64,000 bases of DNA, taken from positions 992,001-1,056,000 of the forward strand of contig CAWJYV010000008.1 of assembly GCA_963847185.1 (NCBI GenBank), in the 5' to 3' direction. Within the stretch, counting starts at the first letter, position 1. Every line of letters begins with the position of its first letter. This DNA comes from an uncultured Methanosarcinaceae archaeon. GTDB lineage: Archaea; Halobacteriota; Methanosarcinia; Methanosarcinales; Methanosarcinaceae. Of this stretch, positions 41,012 to 51,516 are shown one piece after another. A model generated the notes under the pieces. The model saw nothing but the letters and a program-made list of their open reading frames with translations. It was not told the origin of the DNA and ran no database searches. Both the position numbers and the translations under genes were made by a program.

Positions 41012-41941
41012 ATGCTTAGTCAAGAAGATTTCAAACCAGTCACACTTGCCGACAGGGCCTTTTTCGAACGCCATTACGCGCTCTACCCGCAAACCCATAG
41101 CGACAATAATTTCACAAACATGGTCTGCTGGAGCCATTTTACTCAGTACAGCTATGCATATGTGGAAGGAAGTGTAATTCTTGCTTGCTCAACCCCCAGA
41201 GGGACCCGATTCCACCCTCCGATAGGCCCTCGTGATCCTGCACTTATGAAGGCTCTTATACAACTGGCGCTGGAAGTAGGAGACAATGATAAGCCCCTTA
41301 TAATCATCGACCCTGATACCGCAAAGTGGATAAAGGAAATCGATCCTGAACTTGTACTGGTTCCTAACCTGACCCGTTTCGAGTATGTGTACAGGACTTT
41401 AGACCTTACTAAACTCTCTGGAAAGAAATATCTTAAGATCCGGGGCCAGATCAACAGATTCCGGAAGAATTACCAGCACACAATAGAACAGGTAACTCCA
41501 GAAAATCGGGAAGAGATAATGGATTTTCTGGAAAAGTGGTGTGAGAGCAAAAGGTGCGAGGACGATTTTGTCCTTGCTCACGAAGTAGAGGCGATCTTTT
41601 ACGCAATAGAGCACTTCACAGAACTTCCCCTGCAGGGCCTATTGATCCGGGTCGATTCGAAGGTAGGTGCAATTTCTCTTTTCGAGCTTTTCAACGAAAA
41701 TACAGCCTTAATCCATTTTGAGAAAGGGCTCCCTGAATATGAAGGGATTTACAAGGTCATCAACACAGAAACAGCAGCTTTTCTTGCAGATAAGGTGGAA
41801 TACATAAACCGAGAAAGCGATCTGGGAATCAGCGGACTTCGAAAAGCAAAGCTGAGGTATCATCCGCACCACATGGTAAAAGTATATTCACTCAAACGTA
41901 GAACTTCTCCTTCCTTAACAGAAAATCCTTTTCACCTGTAA
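41012..41941 (+). CDS. DUF2156 / phosphatidylglycerol lysyltransferase C-terminal-like protein
   Basis: EYVY…L..LSGKKY, IHFEKG, YINRESDLGISGLRKAKLRYHP. Confidence 0.85.
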   Translation: MLSQEDFKPVTLADRAFFERHYALYPQTHSDNNFTNMVCWSHFTQYSYAYVEGSVILACSTPRGTRFHPPIGPRDPALMKALIQLALEVGDNDKPLIIIDPDTAKWIKEIDPELVLVPNLTRFEYVYRTLDLTKLSGKKYLKIRGQINRFRKNYQHTIEQVTPENREEIMDFLEKWCESKRCEDDFVLAHEVEAIFYAIEHFTELPLQGLLIRVDSKVGAISLFELFNENTALIHFEKGLPEYEGIYKVINTETAAFLADKVEYINRESDLGISGLRKAKLRYHPHHMVKVYSLKRRTSPSLTENPFHL

Positions 41942-42099
41942 AAAAGGGTTAAAAAAGTAAGAATAGAAAAAAGAGAAAGAGTTGAAAGAAAAAAAAGTTA
42001 TGAGAAAAGATTGAAAAAGAAGAGGTTATGAGAAAAAATTGAAAAAGAAAAGGTTATAAAAACTCATTTTTCCTTTAAAACTTATTCTTCCTTTAAAAC

Positions 42100-43386
42100 T
42101 CATTCTTCCTTTTTCTTTTCCTCAAAGGCTTCCTTTACGATTTTCATGGCGCAGAGATTTCCGCACATCGAACAGGCATCACTTTCTGTCTTTCGGGCAT
42201 CCCGGATTTTGCGAGCTCTTTCGCCGTCGATTGCGAGTTCAAACTGCTTTTCCCAGTCAAGGTCCCTGCGGGCATAGGCCATTGCTAAGTCTTTTTCCCA
42301 TGCACGTTCTCTTTGACCTTCTTTTATAAGGTCTATGGTGTGAGCTGCAATTTTTGTTACAAGCAGACCTTCTTTGATATCGTCAAGGGTTGGAAGGGCA
42401 AGATGTTCAGAAGGGGTTACCATACAGAGGAAATCCGTACCGTACATTCCTGCGATTGCTCCTCCGATTGCGCCTGTAATGTGGTCAAAGCCAGGGGCAA
42501 TATCGGTAACAAGAGGGCCCAGGAGGTAAAGAGGGGCGTTATTACAGAGTTCCTTCATGCCTCTGACGCTGAGTTCGATCTCATTTAAGGGAACATGGCC
42601 AGGGCCTTCAACAAAAGTCTGGACATTGGCAGCCCTTGCCCGTTTTACAAGTTCTCCAAGCGTAATGAATTCCATGAATTTCGGGCGGTCGGAAGCATCG
42701 GCAATACAGCCAGGACGCATACCATCTCCAAGGCTCAGGGTCATGTCGTATTCTTTTGCGATTTCCATGAGGTAGTCGTATTCTGTGTAAAAGGGATTGT
42801 CTTCCCCGTTGTGCAGCATCCAGGCAAGTGTAAAAGAACCTCCGCGGCTAACGACATTCATTATTCTGTCACTCTGGCGCAGGCGTTCAAGGGAGTTTAA
42901 GTTGATGCCGACATGCACGGTTACAAAGTCCACGCCCTGTTTGGCATGTTTCCTGACAGCATTGAACATGTCATCAGACGTCATTTCCACAACAACTTTG
43001 CTGGAGGCTGCAGCCTGGTAAATCGGAACGGTTCCTACCGGAATGTTTACAGCTTTAAGGATGCGGGTGCGGATTTCATCCAGATCCCCGCCTGTGGAAA
43101 GGTCCATGACTGCATTAGCTCCCAGAGCTTCTGCAGCCTTTGCTTTTTCGACTTCAGCATCAATGTCAATACAGTCCCTGGAAGTTCCTATATTGGCATT
43201 GATCTTTGTGCTCATGTACTTGCCAATCCCGACAGGAAGGGTTTCTCGCCTATCGTTTTTAGGAATGGCAATCAGCCCTTTTGCCACGCAGGAACGGACA
43301 ACTTCGGGATCTATTCCTTCAGTTTTTGCTACGGCTTCTATTGAGGGGGTGATGATTCCCTTCTTTGCATCTTCCATCAGTGTCAT
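42100..43386 (-). CDS. thiC: ThiC-family radical SAM enzyme (phosphomethylpyrimidine synthase; a BzaA/B-type paralog is not excluded)
   Basis: [45 protein letters not shown]. Confidence 0.88.
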   Translation of the reverse strand: MTLMEDAKKGIITPSIEAVAKTEGIDPEVVRSCVAKGLIAIPKNDRRETLPVGIGKYMSTKINANIGTSRDCIDIDAEVEKAKAAEALGANAVMDLSTGGDLDEIRTRILKAVNIPVGTVPIYQAAASSKVVVEMTSDDMFNAVRKHAKQGVDFVTVHVGINLNSLERLRQSDRIMNVVSRGGSFTLAWMLHNGEDNPFYTEYDYLMEIAKEYDMTLSLGDGMRPGCIADASDRPKFMEFITLGELVKRARAANVQTFVEGPGHVPLNEIELSVRGMKELCNNAPLYLLGPLVTDIAPGFDHITGAIGGAIAGMYGTDFLCMVTPSEHLALPTLDDIKEGLLVTKIAAHTIDLIKEGQRERAWEKDLAMAYARRDLDWEKQFELAIDGERARKIRDARKTESDACSMCGNLCAMKIVKEAFEEKKKEE

Positions 43387-43417
43387 TGCTACTCCAGATT
43401 GTTAAGTGGATGAGACA

Positions 43418-43433
43418 TTATAACGCGATATAA
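43418..43433. promoter_or_regulatory. Near-perfect 16-bp palindrome TTATAACGCGATATAA overlapping the thiC TATA box
   Basis: One mismatched pair; 32-47 nt upstream of the thiC ATG. Confidence 0.4.
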
Positions 43434-44070
43434 ATTAGGAAGTACTGATAATAAAAATATGTCAATATTAACAATTGTAATTAAACCGACATATTATATT
43501 GACCCTATTAGAATAAATGGTATAAAGATAAATCGGGGTGTTTAAGTCTCGCAGAGTAGAACAGACAGTACACGGATATATATCTTTTCACATTCGTGAA
43601 GTCATTTTATAAAGTATAAGTAAACAAATATATAAATAATGTAAGCCTATTATGTATCGTGTAGATGTAGAAAAAATTGTGGGATCGATTAAAAAGTAAA
43701 GGATTTTTACAGATAGAAGACCTTATTAAACTGGCGTATACAGAAAAAAAATAAGAAAATGGAAGCTGGAAAGCTTTTCCTTTAAATTTCTCTATATGCT
43801 TTCTTGTGCATATTCTTACACATTTCCTTTGCATTTCTTACATATTTCCTTGAGATTTGTTTGAGATTTATATAATTTTATATATCAAAAATATCTTTAC
43901 CAGATCCCGAAAATGTCTCAAGCTGTTCCCTAAATATTCAACTGATCTCAACCGGATATCAATAATCTAAAAAATATCTTAACCGGATATCAAGATATTC
44001 CAACTAATCCAGAACAACCTTCAAATTATCAAAATTTAGATTATCACAATAACAAGTTAAGGTACTCGAT

Positions 44071-46662
44071 ATGACAGTTGTCGCATTTGCTGAAAAAAAC
44101 AAGGCAGCAGCCCAGATTGCCAGCATCCTGGGCGAAGGGGACGTGGAAAAGATTGTAGTAGAAGGGCTGCCCGCATATGAATTTAAGTGGAAAGGAGAGG
44201 AGTGGGTGGTCATGGGGCTGTCCGGGCATATAATGAATTACGATTTCCCGGAGCAGTACAATAAATGGAGTGATGTTTCCCCAGGAGTACTCCTTGAAGT
44301 TGACCCTGTAAAATTTGTGACAAGAGCAGAGTATGCAGCTGCGATAAAGAGGCTTGCAAAAAGGGCTCACAAGATTATTCTTGCCTGCGACTACGACAGG
44401 GAAGGAGAAAATATAGGGTTTGAAGCAAAAACTCTTGCTGAAGAGGTTACAAATATACCGGTTGCAAGAGCCCGTTTTTCAGCCCTCTCTCCAAAAGAGG
44501 TAAGAAAAGCTTTCGAGAACCTGACAGACCCTGATTATAATATGGCAATGGCTGCAGAGGCAAGGCAGATTCTGGACCTGAAAATGGGCGCAGCTTTCAC
44601 CCGTTTTGTCACGCTGTCTGTCAGGGAAAAGGCAAGGACAAAAGATGTCCTTTCAATTGGCCCCTGCCAGACCCCTACCTGTGGTTTTGTGTACGAGAGA
44701 GAGAAATCAATTCGGGCTTTTCAGACAAAGGACTTCTGGAAGATTACGGCAATTTTCTCTACAAAAGGCGGCGAATTTGAAGGTATCCACAGGGCTGGAA
44801 ACATCTATGACAAAGAAAAAGCCGCTGAAATCTTCAAAAAGCTGAAAGGAGCAAAAGAAGGGCTTGTTGCAAAAAAGACAGTAAAGGAAACAAAAATTAG
44901 TCCTCCGAACCCGCTTAATACTACTGAATTTCTAAAGCGGGCCTCAAAGTTCCTGGGAATCAGTCCAGAAGTTGCCCTGGAAGTTGCAGAACAGCTCTAC
45001 CTCGCAGGATTTACCAGCTATCCTAGAACAGAGACAAACAAATACGCAGATGACTTTGATTTCAAGTCTCTACTCTTTGATTTTGCGCGGCAGAAAGAAT
45101 ACAAGCCCTTTGCAGAATCTATTCTTGTAGTTCCGATTGTCCCGAAAAATGGGGATAAGGACGCCCACGATCACCCTCCTATCCACCCTATAAAGGCTGC
45201 TTCAAGAAGAGAGATCAGTGCTGCAGTAAATATCCCGCAGGCCCCCGAGGTCTACGACCTTATTGCAAGACACTTCTTAGCAAACCTTATGCCTGCAGCG
45301 GTTTTTGAGAAGACTCACCTCCATATGCTTGTTCAGGAAGATCCTTTTGACTCCTCAGGAACCGTGCTTAAGGATTCAGGCTGGCTCGAAGCCTATCCCT
45401 TCGAAAACAAGAAGGACAAGCTCCTTCCTTTTGTAGAGGAAGGAGAAAAGCTTGACATAAAAAAGTTGAGTAATACAAAATCAAAAACCAGCCCTCCCAA
45501 AAAGTTAACCGAAGCCGAGCTTCTGACCCTTATGGACAAAAACGGAATCGGGACAAAAGCAACAGCTCCGACTCATATTGAGACAAATAAAAAAAGAGGG
45601 TATTTCGAGACCAAAGGAAAGACAATTTCCATTCTTGATATTGGCTTTACCCTTATGGACGGCCTCTCCTGCACGGTGCCGATACTTGTCAGGCCTGAGA
45701 TTAGGGCAAAAATAGAGGCTCTTATACAGGAAGTTGAGGACGGGAAAAAAGAGTTTGAAACCGCCCTTGAGGATGGTACGGCCCTGATTAAAGAGATGTA
45801 CGCCCAGCTTGAAGCAAACAAAAAAGAATTGACTTCAAGCATAGCAGGCACAATAAAGGATGAAGCTGCCCTTGAGGACAAGAAAAACTATATCGGAGCC
45901 TGTAAGGCATGCGGGCATATCCTCAGGATCGTACAGACAGATTCCGGCCGTTTTGTTGGTTGCACAGGCTATCCGGACTGTAAAAACTCGTTTCCTCTGC
46001 CGAAAACCGGAGCTCTTACTATACTCAGGAGCAAGGAATGCAAAAAAGAAGGGGCCGCTGTCCTGAAAGTAGGAAGCAAGTACAACTGGGCTGTAGGTAT
46101 AGGGCCCTGCTTTACATGCGACCTTGAAAAGGAATGTTATCCTCCTGAAACCGTAGGACCCTGCCCTGAATGTGACGGGAGCATGTTCCTGATAACTTTC
46201 AAGGACAATCGCTTCCTGGGCTGTACAAAACGATGCGGGTATACACACTCAGTCCCAAAAACTGGAAAACTGACCCTGCTCGACAAAACCTGCGAAACCT
46301 GCGGCTGGAAGATGTTCAGCTTAAAAGAAGAAGGAGAAGCAGCTTCTGAAGAGAATTTATGTATAAACCGGCGCTGCAAGGAAGGTAGACAATACTGGAG
46401 AAATGCAGGCCCGGGAGCTGATTCCAGATCTCAGGCAAAGGTTTCTGTTAGTTCGGCAGGAAATTCAACGGCAGGCCAGACGACAGGCTCAACTGTTAAT
46501 TCTGGAAAGAGAAGGGCAGCAAGTTCAGTGAGCTCAACAACAGGTTTAAAAGCAGATTCAGCAACAATCCCAACGGCAGGCTCAAGAACAGGCTCGGCAA
46601 CCAGTACAGGAGTAAAAAAGGTTTCAAAAATATCCGGTGAAGGTCGAAAAGAGAATAAATAA
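44071..46662 (+). CDS. topA: Type IA DNA topoisomerase with C-terminal zinc ribbons
   Basis: AEK, DYDREGENI (TOPRIM), SYPRTET catalytic Tyr, GIGTKAT, repeated CxxC motifs. Confidence 0.95.
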   Translation: MTVVAFAEKNKAAAQIASILGEGDVEKIVVEGLPAYEFKWKGEEWVVMGLSGHIMNYDFPEQYNKWSDVSPGVLLEVDPVKFVTRAEYAAAIKRLAKRAHKIILACDYDREGENIGFEAKTLAEEVTNIPVARARFSALSPKEVRKAFENLTDPDYNMAMAAEARQILDLKMGAAFTRFVTLSVREKARTKDVLSIGPCQTPTCGFVYEREKSIRAFQTKDFWKITAIFSTKGGEFEGIHRAGNIYDKEKAAEIFKKLKGAKEGLVAKKTVKETKISPPNPLNTTEFLKRASKFLGISPEVALEVAEQLYLAGFTSYPRTETNKYADDFDFKSLLFDFARQKEYKPFAESILVVPIVPKNGDKDAHDHPPIHPIKAASRREISAAVNIPQAPEVYDLIARHFLANLMPAAVFEKTHLHMLVQEDPFDSSGTVLKDSGWLEAYPFENKKDKLLPFVEEGEKLDIKKLSNTKSKTSPPKKLTEAELLTLMDKNGIGTKATAPTHIETNKKRGYFETKGKTISILDIGFTLMDGLSCTVPILVRPEIRAKIEALIQEVEDGKKEFETALEDGTALIKEMYAQLEANKKELTSSIAGTIKDEAALEDKKNYIGACKACGHILRIVQTDSGRFVGCTGYPDCKNSFPLPKTGALTILRSKECKKEGAAVLKVGSKYNWAVGIGPCFTCDLEKECYPPETVGPCPECDGSMFLITFKDNRFLGCTKRCGYTHSVPKTGKLTLLDKTCETCGWKMFSLKEEGEAASEENLCINRRCKEGRQYWRNAGPGADSRSQAKVSVSSAGNSTAGQTTGSTVNSGKRRAASSVSSTTGLKADSATIPTAGSRTGSATSTGVKKVSKISGEGRKENK

Positions 46663-47062
46663 ACATATAAAAATAGATGCCTGGTGATTAAACAGTTGAT
46701 ACTACTCCCAGGGAGCATGAATAGCATCCTGGGTCTTTCTTGTTCCATGCACACTCCGGGCATCTAAATTTTTGTTCAAAGCACTTTCTAATCCTGTTCT
46801 CTTCAATGCTTGATTTTATATTTATATATGAAAATAATTCTAGAGTTTTAATTTAATGCTCTTAAGTTCTTATGTAGCTCGTTTTAAGGACTAGGGTATT
46901 TTTCGCTATATAGGCATCCAAAAAAGTTATCGGGAAGGCTAAAGAAAATGAACATAAGAAACAACATGTTGGAGTAAAGAATACTTAGAGGTAATTCCAA
47001 GCAAAAAGAAGAAAAGTAAGGAGAGATAAGAAGAGACAAAATTATAAATCTACTATCATTTT

Positions 47063-47147
47063 GCGAGGGTCGCCCAGCCCGGTCAAAGGCGCCAGACTTA
47101 AGATCTGGTATCGAAGGATTTCGTGGGTTCGAATCCCATCCCTCGCA
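47063..47147 (+). tRNA. tRNA-Leu(TAA)
   Basis: GCGAGGG/CCCTCGC-A acceptor stem, CCAGA-CT-TAA-GA-TCTGG anticodon arm, long variable arm, GTTCGAATCCC. Confidence 0.96.
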
Positions 47148-47184
47148 CTAACTTTTTTACATCGAACTTTCGATTTTGCCTTTT

Positions 47185-49693
47185 TTACTTCTTTTTATAC
47201 AGGAGTACTGCAAGCAAACCGGCTACTCCGTAATATATTTCAAAGTCTGGTGTACTCAAGATTTCTTTTTGTTCATTTTGTGGTTCTTTATTCGTTGTAT
47301 TGTTTTTATTAATTGTTTCAGGGTAATCAATCTCTGTTTTCGTTACAGTATCTTCAGGTGATGGTTTTGCTGTACCCGTTATAGCAAATGAAGAGAATCC
47401 TGAAGTTTTGGCTGTGAAATACAGGAATTTGTCATCTTCTCCTGACAGGTTTACTGGGAATTGCTCCCATTTTTTCTCGCTGTATCTGTCAAGAATAATA
47501 GAATCTTGATCGATCATTTTGTCCTTTATCCAGGATTTTTCAATCTTGAAACAGACGACTGGATTTTCTATGTTCTTAGAGGTTGCAACTCCTCCGTTTC
47601 CGACCCAGACATTAAACGACTTGTAAACCTCTCCAGAGGGTAGTTCGGGAACCAGAGTTGACTTTCCTTTCAGCATCTCTACAATAGTCGTGGTTTTACC
47701 AAAAGTTTTCGTTGAATCAAAGCTCACATACACGACACAGGTTGCATTCTTCGTGAAATCAAACTTTACAGTTTTTCCATTTGTAATAAACGCCTGTGAA
47801 AGTTCCTTTACCTGAACATTTCTTGAAGATTCTGGGGAACCGCCTGCACCACCTCCACTGGAACTACTATGGCTGCTTCCATCACTTGAGCTGCTTGGTG
47901 TAAGTACATTTATTGTAGAAAGTTTTGAGGCAGTTCCATTTGCGTTACTTACAGTCAGGTTGACAGTATAAGTTCCAGCATTTGCGTATATATAAACTGG
48001 ATTTATGTCACTGGAGTCAGACTGTCCATCGCCATTGAAGTCCCAGGTCCTTGAAGTTGCTTTCTGGGAAAGATCATTAAACTGCATTATCAGGGGAGCA
48101 TAACCCTCGGTAACGTTGCTACTGAAGTTTGCAACCGGAGTGTTTGGATCAGTAACAACTATGTAGCCTGGCCTTGACGTTGTATTGTTCCCTATAATGT
48201 TTCCCACGGTTAGACTAATTGTATAATTTCCTGGTTTCGTAAAAGTGTGAACTGTAGCCGAATCTTTTGAATCGGTACCATCGCTAAAATCCCAATACCA
48301 AGACGTAGGTTCTTCGACTTTACTTGTAGCCCCGCCTTTACTTGTAGCAGCGAATAACACCGTTAGAGGCGCTGTTCCAGAGGTTACATTAGTAGAAAAA
48401 TCTGCCACTGGTGCTTGTGGGGGAGTCACAGTAATATAATTCGGTTTCGTTATTGTGCTATTGCCTGCTTCATTTGCCACTGTTAAAGTAACGTTATACA
48501 CCCCTGGATTCGTAAAAGTGTGAGTTGCATTCGTAGCATGCTTTGAATTGATACCGTCTCCGGTGTCCCAATACCAGGAAGTTGGTACTCCACCAGTGCT
48601 GAGATCCGTGAATCGTACAACTAAAGGTAGAGTTCCAGAAGTTACGTTCGCGGTAAATTCAGCTACTGGTGGCAAGATGTTTGTGGCAGAAAGATCACTT
48701 ATATAGATGCCATTATCATTAACCCCACCATAAGCTACCTTCTATTCCCCATACAATAGTATCATTGTAGATGTCAGGTGTTGTGGAAGTCCCTTCTGGA
48801 TAAATATAGACTGGCGTGCTTTTTGCTGTAGGAATATCATAAACGTATACACCCGTATAACCAAATTGGTCATCGCCAGATTTTGAATATACGATTTTAT
48901 CCCCGTTTATGTCAACGTGAGTGCCGGTGTCGTCTCCAGCGTCAGCATATGAATTTGCGTATTCAGGTAAGGTATTACCTGTATTATCACTGGTGACATC
49001 TATAGTTTCTTTTGTATCGATGTTATACATCGAAATGTATCCCATTCTGGTGTAGAAGTCCGACCATATAACTTTGTTACCATAAATGTGTGGTCGGTAA
49101 AGATTACCGTCACGATGTCGGGCTAATATAGTCTCATTAGTGAGAATATCATATACATAGATACCTTCCGCGTCAATACCGTCATAAGAATATGCTATCC
49201 TGGTATCGTATATGTCCGGGTCCGTACCATCTGTCACTCTAGTCTGTGTGGATGTAGATATGTCCCGCATATATACTCCACCGTTTGCACTCCACACAAT
49301 TCTGTTGCCGTAAATAGCAGGTTTGCTCCAGCTGTCCACATCCTTTGTTATATACGTTTTTGCGGCAGTTGATATGTCATAAACCGTAAATCTTGGCACT
49401 CCACTGCTTTCATCATACCAAACTAATTTGTTACCGTAAATAGCTGGATGAGATGCTGCAGAAGAATCAACTGCAGTATCTGTTTTCGAGGTCAAATCAT
49501 AAACGTGAATAACACCACTGTCTGTCCATACCACTTTGTTATCATAGACAGCAGGATCAGATCCATTACCAATTCTCGTCACCTGTGCCGCTACCTGTGC
49601 CGCTGACGCCACGGATGAAATTAAAATCGAAAATACAAAAATCAAGGTTGCTGAAGCTAAGGCTATTGAATGTAACTTTTGCTTATCTTTCAT
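47185..49693 (-). pseudogene. Cell-surface protein (Methanosarcina beta-propeller repeats, 3 PKD, PGF-pre-PGF, C-terminal anchor) with +1 frameshift at ~48732
   Basis: Signal peptide; PAIYGNKLVW repeats; PVADFSTNVTSG PKD domains; GGGAGGSPE…FSSFAITG; TPDF+hydrophobic+KKK tail; removing one base fuses ORFs 48719-49693 and 47185-48675. Confidence 0.85.
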
Positions 49694-49852
49694 TTATTCC
49701 CTCTACCCCCTAAAAATTAATAGAATGTTATTACTGAATATATCCTAATATTCTTTATACGTATTGTTTCGCTTCAATTATGACGTTTCTGGCATCTGAG
49801 TTTCTCCTACGATTCTTTATACTCATCAAGCCATATTTTCTATTGATCTTCC

Positions 49853-50314
49853 ATGCTTGAAGAATATGAGAAGAAGAGACACTTCAAAAAGACGCCTGAG
49901 CCGCTTGCAAGTGATTTGAACGGAAATTCTGATAAGCCGATTTTTGTAGTTCAGCGGCATGATGCACGGAATCTCCATTATGATTTTCGCCTTGAGATGG
50001 ATGGGGTTTTGAAAAGCTGGGCCGTACCAAAAGAGCCGCCAAAAAAGGCAGGCGTAAAAAGGCTTGCCATCCAGACAGAAGACCATCCTCTGGCATATGC
50101 TGATTTTGAAGGGGAGATTCCCGAAGGAGAATATGGAGCCGGAAAGGTGGAGATCTGGGATAAAGGGACTTTTGAGCTTCTGAAGCGTGAAGATAAAGAA
50201 ATTGTTGTAACGCTTCATGGGGAAGAGTTGAAAGGAGATTACGTTTTAATAAGGACAAAATATGGGAAAGAAGAAAAAGGATGGCTTCTGTTTAAAAGAG
50301 TTACTGATATGTGA
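49853..50314 (+). CDS. Stand-alone LigD-type DNA 3'-phosphoesterase
   Basis: FVVQRHDARNLHYDFRLE, KSWAVPK, RLAIQTEDHP, YGAG.V.IWD. Confidence 0.93.
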   Translation: MLEEYEKKRHFKKTPEPLASDLNGNSDKPIFVVQRHDARNLHYDFRLEMDGVLKSWAVPKEPPKKAGVKRLAIQTEDHPLAYADFEGEIPEGEYGAGKVEIWDKGTFELLKREDKEIVVTLHGEELKGDYVLIRTKYGKEEKGWLLFKRVTDM

Positions 50315-50357
50315 AAACCAGATTTTTCGGTTTAAACCTTGGACTTTTTAAACCATT

Positions 50358-50744
50358 ATGAGAATAAACAATATGGGAATGCCTATGGAAGAACAAATAA
50401 AAATCATAGTTATGGAAACTGCTGGAGATGATTGCTGTGTTGCTGCCTGTGACGGCCAGAAGGTTCACGACAGAATTGAGGCTGCTCTCTGCGAGAAGAA
50501 GAAGGTGGAACTTTCTTTTTCAGGAATAGACGACCTGACTCCTGCCTTTTTGAATGCGGCAGTGGGACAGCTTTACGGGTGCTTTCCTCCAGAGCTAATT
50601 GAGAGTAGTCTCTCGTTTACTGACATTTCCGAGGAAGATGAAGTTATTCTTAAAAGGGTACTCGAGAGGGCAAAAACCTATATTGAGAACGCATCTTCCT
50701 GCAGAAAAGCCCTCAGGGACGTGCTGGGAGGCGAAGATGCCTGA
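50358..50744 (+). CDS. STAS-like domain protein (DUF4325)
   Basis: DGQKVHDRI…VELSFSGID.LTPAFLNAAVGQLY. Confidence 0.75.
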   Translation: MRINNMGMPMEEQIKIIVMETAGDDCCVAACDGQKVHDRIEAALCEKKKVELSFSGIDDLTPAFLNAAVGQLYGCFPPELIESSLSFTDISEEDEVILKRVLERAKTYIENASSCRKALRDVLGGEDA

Positions 50745-51375
50745 AAGAGCGAGTTTCCATCGGGCAACCGTATTTCCGGTAGTGCGCCGCCCTAGAATTG
50801 TTCCTGGCAGACCTATACGCGCAAAACCCGCTCCTGTAAAAATCCATTCTATAGAGAACTATGACTTTCCCGAAGAGAAGAATTATTTCTTTGATACCAA
50901 TATCTGGCTCTATATTTACGGCCCTATTGGCTGGCCTGATGAGAAGTCTGATATTTATTCCAGGGCATTAAAAAGGATCAGGGACTCAAGAGGCACAATC
51001 TATATAAATTGCCTGATACTTTCAGAATTTATCAATACTTTCTCAAGAATAGAGTTCAAGCAGCAGTCCGACATTACGAGATACAAAGATTTTCGAAACT
51101 CCCTTGCCTACAGGGGCATTGCCCAGGATATCGCCTCAAACATAAGAAAAATTCTCAGAAGCACCCTGACCTGCGACCCTGAAATGCAAGTCATAGACCT
51201 CCCTGCAGTTATGGACCTCTTCGAGCAGGGAAAATATGATTTCAATGACCTCCTCTTCGCCCAGATCTGTAGCGCAAAAAATATGGTCTTCGTAACCCAT
51301 GACAGAGATTTCAGCGAACTCGGAGTCGAGATCCTGACCGCAAACGAAAGGCTGATGGGTAAAGGAAAAGGATAA
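50737..51375 (+). CDS. PIN-domain ribonuclease
   Basis: FFDTNIWL, ILSEFIN, DFND, VTHDRDF; ATGCCTGA start/stop overlap with the STAS gene. Confidence 0.82.
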   Translation: MPERASFHRATVFPVVRRPRIVPGRPIRAKPAPVKIHSIENYDFPEEKNYFFDTNIWLYIYGPIGWPDEKSDIYSRALKRIRDSRGTIYINCLILSEFINTFSRIEFKQQSDITRYKDFRNSLAYRGIAQDIASNIRKILRSTLTCDPEMQVIDLPAVMDLFEQGKYDFNDLLFAQICSAKNMVFVTHDRDFSELGVEILTANERLMGKGKG

Positions 51376-51516
51376 AAACTGAAGGATAAAGGAAAAGACT
51401 GAAGATTTAAGCTCCTCACTTTTCAGATTTCAGCCTCAAAGCAGATTTTAGGACTTCTTCAAAAAGAAATGGAGAGCCGACGACAGGTATAATTATCCAG
51501 ATTCCGATTTACTTAT

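Noticed and set aside
43387-43700. TPP riboswitch upstream of thiC
   Set aside because: No CTGAGA/TGATCC-type aptamer core, and the leader appears very short
43950-43993. Direct repeat AACCGGATATCAA x2 upstream of topA
   Set aside because: Part of a degenerate local duplication tract; no independent support for an operator role
47061-47312. 83-aa ORF over tRNA-Leu
   Set aside because: Reads through the tRNA on the same strand and is antisense to the surface-protein gene; spurious
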